Shown in pieces: positions 1 through 10,534 of a stretch of 64,000 bases of DNA. How positions within the stretch are numbered: the stretch's first letter is position 1; the number at the start of each line of letters is the position of its first letter. The notes beneath the pieces are model-generated. The model had not been told where the DNA came from. It worked only from the letters and a program-made list of their open reading frames with translations, and made no database searches. The position numbers and the translations under genes were made by a program. The stretch lies in the IMG/VR virus record IMGVR_UViG_3300039065_000016. The stretch is one strand, 5' to 3'. Origin of the DNA: a virus.

Positions 1-16
1 AGCCATGAAATTCTCC

Positions 17-706
<690 letters not shown>

Positions 707-737
707 CTAGTATAGCCTTCCCAGGCTCGCTTAGGAA

Positions 738-1271
738 TTATCCCTTTTTGATTCTGTTCTGTGATGCTTCGGACGCTAGAGCCTCATTCACGCTCTTCGC
801 AGTCATGATGTCAATCATCTTAAAGGCATCTTGAGTCGAATAATACTCTTCCAGCTCGCGCATAGAAGCTGACCCATTCGCCACCAAACTTGCGACCACG
901 GAAGGCGAATGGGCCGTCTTCACGCTTTTGATATCTTCTACAAATCTTGATGGAATTTTGACCCCTGTCCAATCTTTGAGGAAGCCAAAGTTCCAATCTA
1001 TGACCAGTTCAGACAAAAGCGCAAGCACTTGTACGGGAGCTATTACGTTCGCCCGGTCAATTACATAAAGATTTATGTTCGCAGCGGTCAAGGGAAGCCA
1101 AACGCCTTCCGGTTGTTCCTCCGTATGGGCCAACACGTCGGTCCCTTTGAGCAATTCTTCCGGAGGAACATCATGGATTCCCGACATCATCCTGAGTCCA
1201 TCGACCGCAGAGAATTGCCGCGAGTTGTAGTGCACGCCGAACATATTGAATGATTTGATTTCCCTGGCCAT
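738..1271 (-). CDS. hypothetical tail/baseplate-module protein
   Basis: 177-aa ORF. Its start abuts the stop of the upstream gene (shared coordinate 1271). Co-oriented in the tail module. No recognisable motif. Confidence 0.5.
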   Translation of the reverse strand: MAREIKSFNMFGVHYNSRQFSAVDGLRMMSGIHDVPPEELLKGTDVLAHTEEQPEGVWLPLTAANINLYVIDRANVIAPVQVLALLSELVIDWNFGFLKDWTGVKIPSRFVEDIKSVKTAHSPSVVASLVANGSASMRELEEYYSTQDAFKMIDIMTAKSVNEALASEASQNRIKKG

Positions 1272-2134
1272 TACGCTGCTGGGCTCCCCATGACTTTGAT
1301 ATAGAACGGCCGATCCCGGCTGGCCAAATCATACTCTAGAGCGGTGATCACATAGTTGCCGTTGACGCTTGGATTCATGAGAGATTCGACCGCGACACCG
1401 CCAGCCACGCGAATCGACGGTTCAAACAGACACTGAAATTCCACGCCCCATTCCGACCATGAAGGGATGCCGACGAATGAGTTGATGTTGGCAACTTCAT
1501 CAGGACGAATGACCTTATCCCGGTCCTTCACGACCAGAATGTCATCATCGACGAACGCGGCCACATCCGGCATGTACATATCCTGAATCGATGCCAGGAT
1601 TGCCGACGCGACAGTGATCGACCGGCCCGGATTCTTCAAAACTTGATCATTGTAGCTGGTGTCGCAGATGAAGTTAAGCCCCATTTCATTTGCGCCCCAT
1701 TCGACGAACTTTACAAACGTCGTGTTGGCTGGCGGCATATTTCGAATAGTCTTCGTCCTATCGATTTGCCTTGTGTAGCATTGGATGCGAATTCCAATAT
1801 CCGGTGGCGGCGAAATGACATCGACAATTGCCACTTCGCCGACAAATACTCTGGAAACTTGTTCGCGGCCCTGATCGGAATAACCGGCCTCAACCGATAC
1901 TCTGATCATCAGTTCGTCTTCCATGCCTACTTGACGCTGCCGGTGCTTCCACGCTGTGAACTGCGACAGAAGAGACTCGCGCAATTGCGTCGTGAGTCCA
2001 AAGATTTCCAGGGTAGCTCGGTTTTGAATTCGCAATGCAGCCTTCATAATCCGGACCCGAACATCCAGGTCTTCACGGATGATTTCGGGTCCATAGGGCA
2101 TATTGAATGTGACTCGCAGAATTCTCTTTTTCAT
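1271..2134 (-). CDS. putative baseplate hub-like protein (by position)
   Basis: 287-aa ORF immediately downstream of the tape measure gene, with its start overlapping the tape measure stop at 2134. The hub-like call is by gene order only. Confidence 0.35.
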   Translation of the reverse strand: MKKRILRVTFNMPYGPEIIREDLDVRVRIMKAALRIQNRATLEIFGLTTQLRESLLSQFTAWKHRQRQVGMEDELMIRVSVEAGYSDQGREQVSRVFVGEVAIVDVISPPPDIGIRIQCYTRQIDRTKTIRNMPPANTTFVKFVEWGANEMGLNFICDTSYNDQVLKNPGRSITVASAILASIQDMYMPDVAAFVDDDILVVKDRDKVIRPDEVANINSFVGIPSWSEWGVEFQCLFEPSIRVAGGVAVESLMNPSVNGNYVITALEYDLASRDRPFYIKVMGSPAA

Positions 2135-4716
2135 CAGTAGAGTATCTTAGTTGCAGAATCGTTTTGGGAGTCCTGGATGGCAGTGGTCAGCTGTTCTGCG
2201 GTTTGCCTGCTGAAGATTTCGCGAGCCTCTTCTGGAGAATTCGCGCCGGTGACGTTTACCAACATATCAATTCGACCGATTGTCAGTTCCTGGCCGCGCT
2301 CTGGAGCGCTCTTCAGAAGCTTCTCCCCATACGTCCTGAGAATATCCATTTCTCGCGATGCGGCGTTAACCTTGGCAGTAGCTTCGGCGAGCTTGGCTGG
2401 AGAAAGGAATACATTGTTGGCCTCTGTCGCAGCGGCTTTGATTTCCTGCTGTTTGCCCAAGATGGCCTGGTTGTATCCGAACAGCAAGTCGGAACGGCTG
2501 ATTTCGCGGCGCATAATTTGGTTAGGATTAACACCGATGACTTGGGCAATAGCTCCGGCAGTGAGTTGGGCCTGGATGTTCTGCTTTGTCTCGCCACGAA
2601 CCTGGTTCGGGAATTTCCGGAATCCAGAGTCCGCCCGGTCGGCGTCTTGGCGCTGAGACATTTTAAGAATTTCGCCGTCACTGCGGTCTGGCATGCGGTC
2701 GATGATGCGAATCTCCGGCCGGACAACTCTGTCGTCATATCGACGAGCTTCGCGGCGATCATCCTCCTTCCTGCCCTGGTCCGGAGCTTCCAGCCTTCCG
2801 CCGTCATAGGGGCGAATGTCCATGTCGCCACCTTCTGGCGCGAACGTCTCGTTGGCGACCGTCATGGCCGCGGCCTTCTGCTTGCGCTGGGCTTCCTCCA
2901 TCAGTTCAATTGGTGCGCTCATCACCAAACCAGGATATGCGCGAGTCCTTGGCCCCCAGTTCTTCGGGTCGAGGCCGCCATGGTAGTAGGTCAACGCCAA
3001 TCGCATGTCGCCTTTGGCCCGGTCCAGGTTTTCCCGCAATAGGCGCGTTCCACCGAGGATGTTTTGGCGTGGGTCATACACATCGGTGATTCCATACGCC
3101 TTGGCAATTTCCGGCATCAGCTGCATGAGGCCTTTCGCCCCGGCTTCGCTGGTCGCCCTAGCGTTGAATCGGCTTTCAGTGTATATGAGCTTCTTGATGT
3201 CCATCTCAGGAATGTTGTACATCTTAGATGCATCTTTGATGATGTCATTGATGTACGATGGCACGTTGATCGGCTCGGCCTTGCGCTGCGGCGAGAACAT
3301 CCTGTTTCGCAGAGACTGGGCGCCAATAGGCTCGCCGAATACTTGACCGGCCGCGCCACTCTTCGACTGATCGTAGATCGCGTGCGGATAAACCCCTGTT
3401 GCTCGCGAAGTCGGTGCGGTGCTTCCCATGCCCACTGCGCGCCCGATTTCCCCCGCCCATGCCGCCCATGCTTGACGCTCGTCAACGGCATTGGCGAACG
3501 ATGACACGGCTCCGCTGAACATGTTGATCGCCACCGCGAAATCATTCGTTGACTTCGTAGTCTGGTCGGCCAATTTCTCCAGCTCTTTCATGGACTTCGT
3601 AGCTTTGTCCTGGTCTTCCTGTTTCTTGGCCAGGTCTTCGCTGGTTTGGCCTTGGGAGCCTGGGACCTTTGACTTGTCGATTAATCCGGCCTCTTCCATG
3701 CCGCGCCGAGTGCCCCAGGAGGCCAGACGACCTAGCAGAGCACCAGGACTGAGAAGGGACAGGATATCGCCGCCCACAGTGGCCTTTCCGGTGATTCCAT
3801 CGTCCCAGCGGGCTTTCGTGTCCTTGGCGAATTCTTCCACTTCATTGGGAATGGCCTGGACAATTTTGTCGATGATTTCGATCAACTTGGTGAATGCAGG
3901 CGCGAGTTTTTCGCCAACGCGGTTTTCCAGAGTCGTGAACGTTTGGTTGAGGTTTGCCAAAGCATCATTGAACTTCTGAATGTTTGACTCGCCCCTGACC
4001 CTAGCCTGAAGCTCTTCTGACGTCATCTCAGTGACTTTGCCCATTGCCGGGCCGATCTTCGCCAGGGTGCTCAGATAGTCCCGCGAGACGCCGAGGGCAT
4101 CAGCATATGCCGAAATCTCGTCCGGTTTCAACTTGGCCATCTTCGTGGCCAGCTCAGTGATGATGTCGTTGAGCGGCCTCATGCCTTTCTGGAAGCTTCC
4201 GACATCTACGCCGGCCATGCGCAGAATCCGCGCCTCTGGGCCGACCCGTCCGATATCGCGATAAGCTCGCCGGAAAGTGTCGGCCAGATTTTTGGTCATT
4301 TCCGCGCCCTGCTCGCGGCTGATCGTTCCTCCAGACTGGCGGGCCAGTTTCCGCTGGTACTCTTCCAGCCGCGCCGGGGCGATGCCGATATCCATCGCCT
4401 GGATGCGCTGCTGGTTGTACTGGTCCCTGGTGTTCATGAACGCCTTGACGCCGGCCGCGACCAGGGCCACGCCAGTAGCGCCTATCGCGAGCTGGGCGTT
4501 CATCCCGCGAATCGCGCTCGTTACGGCGTCCACCTGCGGAACCACGCGGCCGAGTTCGGTTGCAGCGCCGTCTGCGAAGTGGCGCAAATCTTGAAGGCCA
4601 CTAGTCGATGCGCTGTTTACGCGCCTGATCTGATTCTGGAGACGTTCCAGATTTCGTTCGGCTCTGGCCGTGTCGGCCTCATACCGAAGTATGAATTCAT
4701 CCAAATCACTAGACAT
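2134..4716 (-). CDS. tail tape measure protein with embedded lytic transglycosylase (SLT) domain
   Basis: 860-aa, largely alpha-helical ORF downstream of sheath/tube. Internal SLT-like motif TESRFNARATSEAGAKGLMQLMP...TYYHGG lies at roughly nt 2930-3270. Confidence 0.85.
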   Translation of the reverse strand: MSSDLDEFILRYEADTARAERNLERLQNQIRRVNSASTSGLQDLRHFADGAATELGRVVPQVDAVTSAIRGMNAQLAIGATGVALVAAGVKAFMNTRDQYNQQRIQAMDIGIAPARLEEYQRKLARQSGGTISREQGAEMTKNLADTFRRAYRDIGRVGPEARILRMAGVDVGSFQKGMRPLNDIITELATKMAKLKPDEISAYADALGVSRDYLSTLAKIGPAMGKVTEMTSEELQARVRGESNIQKFNDALANLNQTFTTLENRVGEKLAPAFTKLIEIIDKIVQAIPNEVEEFAKDTKARWDDGITGKATVGGDILSLLSPGALLGRLASWGTRRGMEEAGLIDKSKVPGSQGQTSEDLAKKQEDQDKATKSMKELEKLADQTTKSTNDFAVAINMFSGAVSSFANAVDERQAWAAWAGEIGRAVGMGSTAPTSRATGVYPHAIYDQSKSGAAGQVFGEPIGAQSLRNRMFSPQRKAEPINVPSYINDIIKDASKMYNIPEMDIKKLIYTESRFNARATSEAGAKGLMQLMPEIAKAYGITDVYDPRQNILGGTRLLRENLDRAKGDMRLALTYYHGGLDPKNWGPRTRAYPGLVMSAPIELMEEAQRKQKAAAMTVANETFAPEGGDMDIRPYDGGRLEAPDQGRKEDDRREARRYDDRVVRPEIRIIDRMPDRSDGEILKMSQRQDADRADSGFRKFPNQVRGETKQNIQAQLTAGAIAQVIGVNPNQIMRREISRSDLLFGYNQAILGKQQEIKAAATEANNVFLSPAKLAEATAKVNAASREMDILRTYGEKLLKSAPERGQELTIGRIDMLVNVTGANSPEEAREIFSRQTAEQLTTAIQDSQNDSATKILY

Positions 4717-4719
4717 GAA

Positions 4720-5148
4720 TTACTCCGGCTTGCTGGCGAGTCCTTCGGCGATTTTCATAGCTGGCCCAATGAGCTTGGACGCCTCGGCCAGAAATGCGAT
4801 TGCCATCTGCGAACCGGCTTGCTCCCAATAGTCCGGGCGGTCGGCGTGCGTTGTCGGATCGATGCCGTTGTGCTTGAGGACGGAATCGAAGACGAATTCA
4901 ACGTTCTTCCAGTTGCCGAGGTGGTTGTTGATGACCGCAGCAGTAGTCAACGGAATTTCGGAATCATCGTTACCGAGAATGACTTTGGCATAGCTCAGGA
5001 TTTCCATGGTGAAAGCGCGGCGGAAGTCGGCATCCTTGCTGACTGCGAACTCGACGAAACGGCGCTGGAGTTCCCAGCCGTCCAATGCCGACCACGCCTC
5101 GATTTGTACGCGAGTTTGGCGGCCATCGGGAAGGTTGATTTCAAGCAT
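4720..5148 (-). CDS. putative tail assembly chaperone (by position)
   Basis: 142-aa acidic ORF directly upstream of the tape measure gene. No slippery site or extension frame seen. Confidence 0.4.
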   Translation of the reverse strand: MLEINLPDGRQTRVQIEAWSALDGWELQRRFVEFAVSKDADFRRAFTMEILSYAKVILGNDDSEIPLTTAAVINNHLGNWKNVEFVFDSVLKHNGIDPTTHADRPDYWEQAGSQMAIAFLAEASKLIGPAMKIAEGLASKPE

Positions 5149-5157
5149 GATACATCC

Positions 5158-5751
5158 TCAGAAATAACTGGTCACGCGATTATATAGCGATTTTGCGGCC
5201 GAAGATATCGAATCGCCGGTGGCTCCCAAGTCTAGCAAATTTGCATCGGAAAGGGACTGAATCTGCACGCCATAAGTTGGGCGATCTTGAGGGAAAGCCG
5301 GATCAAATTCATTCAATACTGGAGGCTCAACCTGCTCGAATTCCATGTTGATCTCAGCCGCATTTAGCATGTCAGGAGATTGATCTACATCGAGCGTCAT
5401 GATGGCCATTTTATCAGCCAATATCGACTTGGAAGTGATGGCGAAAGTCGAGGTATTGTCATTAAAAGCATTCATGATACTTTCAACTGTGGACAAGTCT
5501 GGACAGATGGCATTGATGCGAAGCCGCACTGGCTGAATGATCTTCCCGTTCTTCACATCAACGTCCAGCGCTTCGGTATACACCTGAGCTTCCGTCTGGT
5601 CTTTCGTCGCCAAAGGCTTCGACACTACGGAAGCCGGTGAGTAAATTTCCACTTTCTTGACTTGGAGACTCTTCCAAACGGGAAGTTTGGTTAAATCATC
5701 ACGGATGGTGAGAGTAGGCGTGTTGAGAATGGCCTTGAGGAAAGAGTTCAA
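5158..5751 (-). CDS. hypothetical tail-module protein
   Basis: 197-aa ORF, co-oriented and tightly packed in the tail module. Confidence 0.5.
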   Translation of the reverse strand: MNSFLKAILNTPTLTIRDDLTKLPVWKSLQVKKVEIYSPASVVSKPLATKDQTEAQVYTEALDVDVKNGKIIQPVRLRINAICPDLSTVESIMNAFNDNTSTFAITSKSILADKMAIMTLDVDQSPDMLNAAEINMEFEQVEPPVLNEFDPAFPQDRPTYGVQIQSLSDANLLDLGATGDSISSAAKSLYNRVTSYF

Positions 5752-5759
5752 TTGGCACC

Positions 5760-6299
5760 TCAGAACAAGTCTGCGGCGTTCTGGACGCCGTTCACTGCGT
5801 AGTCGAACAGGTCACTGGCCGAGCCCACAACGTCTTCGGCCAGGGCCAACCCTCGGTCGATTATGGAAGAGTCTCCAGCATTCCTGAACATGATTGGTTT
5901 GGGATTCTGAACGAGCACTTGGGAAAATGTCAGCCGCGCAGGAGTTGCCGATATCATTTCTGGCGTCTGATTAAGCGCTTCGCTGGTACACATCATCCGT
6001 TCGAATACCATGCCGCGAGTGATGACTTTGTACAGCGTATCACGATCCAGGAGCAGTTGATTAATCTGATCTACGACATCAATTGAAGGGCAGAATACCT
6101 CAACGATTATCTCCATAGGATGGACCGTTCTGGAGTCCATCTTTGTCGTACCGTCTTCCAGCATGTGGCGCTGCCCTACAGAAGAAAACCGGGTGTTAAC
6201 CCGGCTTATCCTCAAATCCGCAGCAACTAGCTGGTTTGTATTCTGATCTACAATCGAAAAAGACCGCGAGCTTAGGAGGCTGGTGAAAATCCCTAACAT
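5760..6299 (-). CDS. hypothetical tail-module protein
   Basis: 179-aa ORF. Its start overlaps the upstream stop at 6299. Confidence 0.5.
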   Translation of the reverse strand: MLGIFTSLLSSRSFSIVDQNTNQLVAADLRISRVNTRFSSVGQRHMLEDGTTKMDSRTVHPMEIIVEVFCPSIDVVDQINQLLLDRDTLYKVITRGMVFERMMCTSEALNQTPEMISATPARLTFSQVLVQNPKPIMFRNAGDSSIIDRGLALAEDVVGSASDLFDYAVNGVQNAADLF

Positions 6300-6802
6300 C
6301 AGATCACCTCCAGAACCGATTGAATAACGTTAGAAATAGCTTGACGCGCAGTCTGGGCGCCGAGATAGTTGCCGAAAACAAAAGTATACGTGTTGCCTTT
6401 GCGCCGTCCGGTGTTCTGGATGGTATCTATGGCCGGACCCTTGATGATAGTTCCGTTGGACAGAACAGTGCGGCCGCCATCGGGAAGAGTTGCAACAAGA
6501 GTCGTCATGTCTGGAATGACGCCTGGAAGGAATCGAAATGATCCCTTTTTGGAATTTAGAAGGATGCGAAGATTAATATCATCTTCGCTCCCTGCGATTA
6601 CGGATATGGACACTTCCAAAGGGGCCGCCTTATCGAAGGCAAACAGACCGCCATCATAAAGCATCTCATACCCGAACGGCTCCAGCTCTTTGGATGATAT
6701 CGGACTCTCATCATCAGCGAACTTCGACAAGGAAAACCCCATCGGGAACGACGAGGTTGAAACTATCACAATTCCCGTGCCGAAGCCGCTGACGTTGATC
6801 AT
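6299..6802 (-). CDS. tail tube protein paralog
   Basis: 167 aa. The N-terminus MINVSGFG...SFPMGFSLSKFADDESPI parallels MINISAFG...TFPNGFTVTEFADDADPI of the 7912-8364 product. Confidence 0.5.
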   Translation of the reverse strand: MINVSGFGTGIVIVSTSSFPMGFSLSKFADDESPISSKELEPFGYEMLYDGGLFAFDKAAPLEVSISVIAGSEDDINLRILLNSKKGSFRFLPGVIPDMTTLVATLPDGGRTVLSNGTIIKGPAIDTIQNTGRRKGNTYTFVFGNYLGAQTARQAISNVIQSVLEVI

Positions 6803-6811
6803 GTCGAGTCC

Positions 6812-7240
6812 TTACTTGCTGGTGGTTTTGCGAGCCGTGGGCTTGGTAGTGGCGGTGGCCTCTTTAGCGGCTGCAGAGGCCTCTACCTCGGTCTTTTCTT
6901 CCTTGGTAGTAGTCGGGGGCGTCTCGGACCCTTTCTCGTCGCCTTGGCCCTCTGCAGGGGCTTCCTGGGCGCTTTCCGGGGTCGATCCGGCCGCAGGGGT
7001 GCCGGTCGATGCCGGAGCTGGGATGGCACCGCCGTTGTCGACATTCGGATCGACGTTCACCGGGGGAACGGGAATACCGGCCGACGAAGAGTTGCCCTTG
7101 CCAGTGTTCTTTTCGCGGTCCAGGCCTTCCAGGTCTTCGACCGACGGGTTGAAAGAAGGCAGCGGGTCCAGGAGCGGCGGGTTTTTGCCGTCCAAGAATA
7201 GTTGGGTGCCGTTGGCGTATTGGATGCGGATGGTACTCAT
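6812..7240 (-). CDS. hypothetical protein with disordered P/T/E/A-rich C-terminal half
   Basis: 142-aa ORF. Low-complexity tail (PAPASTGTPAAGSTPESAQEAPAEGQGDEKGSETPPTTTKEEK). Co-oriented in the tail module. Confidence 0.45.
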   Translation of the reverse strand: MSTIRIQYANGTQLFLDGKNPPLLDPLPSFNPSVEDLEGLDREKNTGKGNSSSAGIPVPPVNVDPNVDNGGAIPAPASTGTPAAGSTPESAQEAPAEGQGDEKGSETPPTTTKEEKTEVEASAAAKEATATTKPTARKTTSK

Positions 7241-7241
7241 T

Positions 7242-7592
7242 TCAAACTCCTGCAGTTACAGGCCCGTGGATGGTGATGACTTTCGCATCGACGCCGAAGA
7301 CTTCACCGGTGATGTCGATGTCAAGTTGCTCGATGCCGGTCACGTCCGGCGATGACAAAATTGCATCCGCGATGGATTTGCGAGCATCATCATAGCTCTT
7401 CTGCGGCGAGAAGATATATTCAAAATATCCCACACCGGCGTCCACATCGAAAATGTTTTCGCCGGTGCGCATGAGCATCGCCGCCCGAACGTCCTGGGCG
7501 CACGCTTCTACATCCCTGAGAATGACCATGTTTCCATTGTCGTCCAAAAGGATGTCATTGTTCACCCCGGTTCTGATCGTTGATGTGCTCAT
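7242..7592 (-). CDS. hypothetical tail-module protein
   Basis: I moved the start to the ATG at 7592 (MSTSTIRTG...), which makes an ATGA overlap with the upstream stop. The longer track ORF (to 7679) would overlap the upstream gene by 90 nt. Confidence 0.5.
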   Translation of the reverse strand: MSTSTIRTGVNNDILLDDNGNMVILRDVEACAQDVRAAMLMRTGENIFDVDAGVGYFEYIFSPQKSYDDARKSIADAILSSPDVTGIEQLDIDITGEVFGVDAKVITIHGPVTAGV

Positions 7593-7912
7593 TCTTTCCT
7601 CGTGGCCAGCGCCTGATATTCTGCGAACTCGACACCGTCCAGATAGAACAGGTTTATGCCGTCGCCGAACAACGTCCAATCGGCGTCACGGTCGAAAACG
7701 AAATTGCCATAGTCGGGTCGATACTGGTGGCTATACTGGAGAAGCGGAATTCCGCCGAAGCAGCGGACCCCATGACAAACGATCACGCCGTCGCGGCTGA
7801 TATCGGCATTCATCATATCCAGATTCTGGTACAGACGAATCTTCCAATAGCTGCTGCCGGCGTTAAATGAGATCGCCTGATTCGGGACTGCTGTCAGCGG
7901 AATCTTCTTCAT
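7589..7912 (-). CDS. hypothetical tail-module protein
   Basis: 107-aa ORF. Its start overlaps the tube gene stop at 7912. Confidence 0.5.
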   Translation of the reverse strand: MKKIPLTAVPNQAISFNAGSSYWKIRLYQNLDMMNADISRDGVIVCHGVRCFGGIPLLQYSHQYRPDYGNFVFDRDADWTLFGDGINLFYLDGVEFAEYQALATRKE

Positions 7913-8364
7913 CAGCTAGTACCGGCTTTGACTACTTTCTCGAAACGGAATCGATACGGCTTCGTCTTCAGGCGGCCAACGCTCGCCACCGCATTGATCA
8001 GAACGCCGTCGATGGGAGTGCCGTTGGTACAGGTGATTTTGCTACCGTCCGGCATCGCCACGACCAGACCGATGACATCACGAGCACCCGACTTGTCTTT
8101 TCCGGTGCGGTTGGCATCCAGCAGGACGGCCAAGTTGCGCTCACCCTCGGTGTTCGGGATGACGTTGACGACGACTTCCAGGATGTTGGCCCGGTTCCAA
8201 ACCACCATATCGCCATTGAGGCCGACGCCGGTATCAGCCGCAGTGAACGGCGGGCTGTCGATGGGGTCCGCATCATCAGCGAACTCGGTCACCGTGAATC
8301 CGTTCGGGAAGGTTCTGCTTGCCGTGAATTGGGCAATCGAGCCGAACGCAGAAATGTTGATCAT
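7912..8364 (-). CDS. tail tube protein
   Basis: 150-aa ORF immediately downstream of the sheath gene. Size and position are typical of myovirus tubes. It has a paralog at 6299-6802. Confidence 0.6.
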   Translation of the reverse strand: MINISAFGSIAQFTASRTFPNGFTVTEFADDADPIDSPPFTAADTGVGLNGDMVVWNRANILEVVVNVIPNTEGERNLAVLLDANRTGKDKSGARDVIGLVVAMPDGSKITCTNGTPIDGVLINAVASVGRLKTKPYRFRFEKVVKAGTS

Positions 8365-8391
8365 TGCTTATTCCTCACTCCATTCATGGAA

Positions 8392-8420
8392 GGTTGCGGC
8401 GGTCGAGTCCGCCGCAAACC
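8392..8420 (-). other. intercistronic GC-rich stem-loop between the sheath and tube genes
   Basis: TTGCGGCGG, a 6-nt loop, then CCGCCGCAA. No U-run follows, so this looks more like an RNA-stability or attenuation element than a full terminator. Confidence 0.3.
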
Positions 8421-8421
8421 G

Positions 8422-9936
8422 TTAGATCATTACATCCGATCCTTCGACGAAGCGGATTGCGTCGCCCTTCGAATAGATCAGGGTGTAGTTGGCCTTCCAC
8501 TCGGTCAAGCCGGTGTTGCTGTTGGTATAGCTGGAGAAGGTGATGTTGATCCAATAACCCAAGGTTTGGACTTGACGCCAGGCGCGACGATCACCGGTGA
8601 TTTGGGTGATGTACTGCTGTTGGACGGCGCTGATGTCCTTGCCATAGGTGAAAGTGCCGTTGGAAGTCGCCTTGTCCAGAACCGGCTGGAGGACGGCCAG
8701 AGTCATCGCTTCGCCGACCATGCTGGCCGGAACGGCGTTCACGTTCAAGAACAGATCCAGAAGGGCCTGGGCGATGGCGGACTTCAGCCAGATTTCGTTG
8801 GCGTAGACGTTCATGTCCACCGCATCGGTCGGACCGCCGCACAGAATGCCGCGCTGGTAGAACGCGAGCTGTTGGCCGTTGGCCTGGGTGACGCCGATGT
8901 AGTTGCCCCGGCTCTTGTCGACGGTGTTCGCAACGGTATCGTCGGACACGGTGATGTTGCGGCCAGGGAACTGATAGTACATGTAGTTCTGCGAAGCGCC
9001 CGGCTCGTCATAGTTGGTGGCGGCCAGGATTTCGCTGGGACACTGCTCAACGAAGTCGTTGGAGGCAGTCGCAGACAGAACGTTCAGCGCGGTTCCGGAG
9101 TTGCCCTTCACCAAGTCGAAAAGAGCGCCGAGATTCGCCAGAGAGGTCGCAACCGTATAGATGAACTGGTTGTTCTGAGCCGCGTTCCAGGCCGACACGG
9201 CCTTGATCTGATCGTTGTCGAGGGTCGCCCCGGCGAACAGGAACGAGCCGAAGTTGTTGCTGACATTGGTGCTCTTGGCCACGGCCGCGTCTGGGAGGTC
9301 GGCAGCCTGACCGGCGACGTTCACGACGTTGGAGGTGGACCAGCCGAGGGCGGTGGACATGTCCTGCGGATCGGCCGATTTCGCCACGGCCAGAACGCCG
9401 GTGCCGATGGTAGCGCCGACCAAGGTGAACTGGTTGGTATTCGGATTCCAGGTGACGGTGGCTTGGGCCAACTGCGGATCGGTATTCTTGCGGATTTCGG
9501 TCTGAATGATCGACGCCACGTTGTCCATGGAGGTCGCGGCGGACGTATCGATGGCCGTGATGTTCTGCTCAGACGCGCCGACCATGATGGTCAGAACGCC
9601 TGCGGAAAAGCCGGCGAAATCGGCGATGGTCTTCGGCAGGTTGTCGCCAACTACCATCGGCGCGATGGCGGTGTTGACCCAGCGAGCGAAGCTGATGCTG
9701 GACGGGGAATTGACGCTCTTGCTGATGAACTTGAAGTAGGCCGCAGCGCGCTGATATTCTTCAGACTGGGCGCCGAAGTAAGACATCACCGCGTTGGCAT
9801 TGTCGAACTCGATGACGATTCCAGGCGGAATGACGTTGTTGGTGGTCATGACGCGCAGAATCAGCTTTCGGCCTGCGACCGGAGCGCCTGCGCCTACGCC
9901 GGAAATGATCCGGATATAACGGCTCTGACTGATCAC
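8422..9936 (-). CDS. tail sheath protein
   Basis: 504-aa ORF between the neck genes and the tube gene. Call rests on size and gene order. Confidence 0.65.
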   Translation of the reverse strand: MISQSRYIRIISGVGAGAPVAGRKLILRVMTTNNVIPPGIVIEFDNANAVMSYFGAQSEEYQRAAAYFKFISKSVNSPSSISFARWVNTAIAPMVVGDNLPKTIADFAGFSAGVLTIMVGASEQNITAIDTSAATSMDNVASIIQTEIRKNTDPQLAQATVTWNPNTNQFTLVGATIGTGVLAVAKSADPQDMSTALGWSTSNVVNVAGQAADLPDAAVAKSTNVSNNFGSFLFAGATLDNDQIKAVSAWNAAQNNQFIYTVATSLANLGALFDLVKGNSGTALNVLSATASNDFVEQCPSEILAATNYDEPGASQNYMYYQFPGRNITVSDDTVANTVDKSRGNYIGVTQANGQQLAFYQRGILCGGPTDAVDMNVYANEIWLKSAIAQALLDLFLNVNAVPASMVGEAMTLAVLQPVLDKATSNGTFTYGKDISAVQQQYITQITGDRRAWRQVQTLGYWINITFSSYTNSNTGLTEWKANYTLIYSKGDAIRFVEGSDVMI

Positions 9937-9952
9937 TGGATGATCTCCTGGT

Positions 9953-10534
9953 TTATGTTACTCTGCTGCTAATCGACTGGAGCATGTGAGCCGTATCGAC
10001 CAGCGGTCTGTTGAAACCCTTTCTCCTGACCGTAGATGCTGAGTTAGCCACCCATGGCCCGGTCCTTATGCTTCTGGCTATGTATCCTTCCAACGCCAGG
10101 CCGATCTGGGCAAGCGCTTGATCCGGCGTGATTTGTCCTCTGGCCAGCCTCATGGCTATTCGATTCTGGATTGCGGCGCGATCTGCGGAAAATAAGTTCC
10201 AAGCATATCGCATAAACGGTCGAGCCGGGATTGTAATCCTGTGAGGTTTTGTTACCTCGGTTTCTCCCGGAAAATCGTTTCTGACGAACCGAACGCCAAC
10301 AAACCGACCCCGAACAATGGCGTCCCTAATATACCTGGTCCCGCCCGGATGGTCGATAGTTCCGCCGTACTCATTGAGGCGCGCGATTCTCGCGACTTGT
10401 ATTCCGACCGATCCGCCCGCCTTATCAGGATATCGAGCGGTGGAATACCATCCGGCCGAAACGGACCTGCCGCGCATGGCTCTTAACATCTGCAGGTGCG
10501 CGGCGATCAGTTCTGAATCGCGTCTCAGGATCAT
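9953..10534 (-). CDS. HK97 gp10-like tail-completion/neck protein
   Basis: 193 aa containing the ITIPARPFMRYAW motif, characteristic of the HK97 gp10 family as I recall it. Located upstream of the sheath gene. Confidence 0.5.
   Translation of the reverse strand: MILRRDSELIAAHLQMLRAMRGRSVSAGWYSTARYPDKAGGSVGIQVARIARLNEYGGTIDHPGGTRYIRDAIVRGRFVGVRFVRNDFPGETEVTKPHRITIPARPFMRYAWNLFSADRAAIQNRIAMRLARGQITPDQALAQIGLALEGYIARSIRTGPWVANSASTVRRKGFNRPLVDTAHMLQSISSRVT

Noticed and set aside
4720-5751. Programmed -1 frameshift of tail chaperone genes upstream of the tape measure gene
   Set aside because: No XXXYYYZ slippery heptamer was seen near the 3' ends, and no overlapping extension frame exists; the tape measure gene starts 4 nt after the stop.
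7867-9972. 701-aa plus-strand ORF opposite the sheath and tube genes
   Set aside because: Same antisense artefact: low-complexity G/R/D/V-rich translation and no start context.
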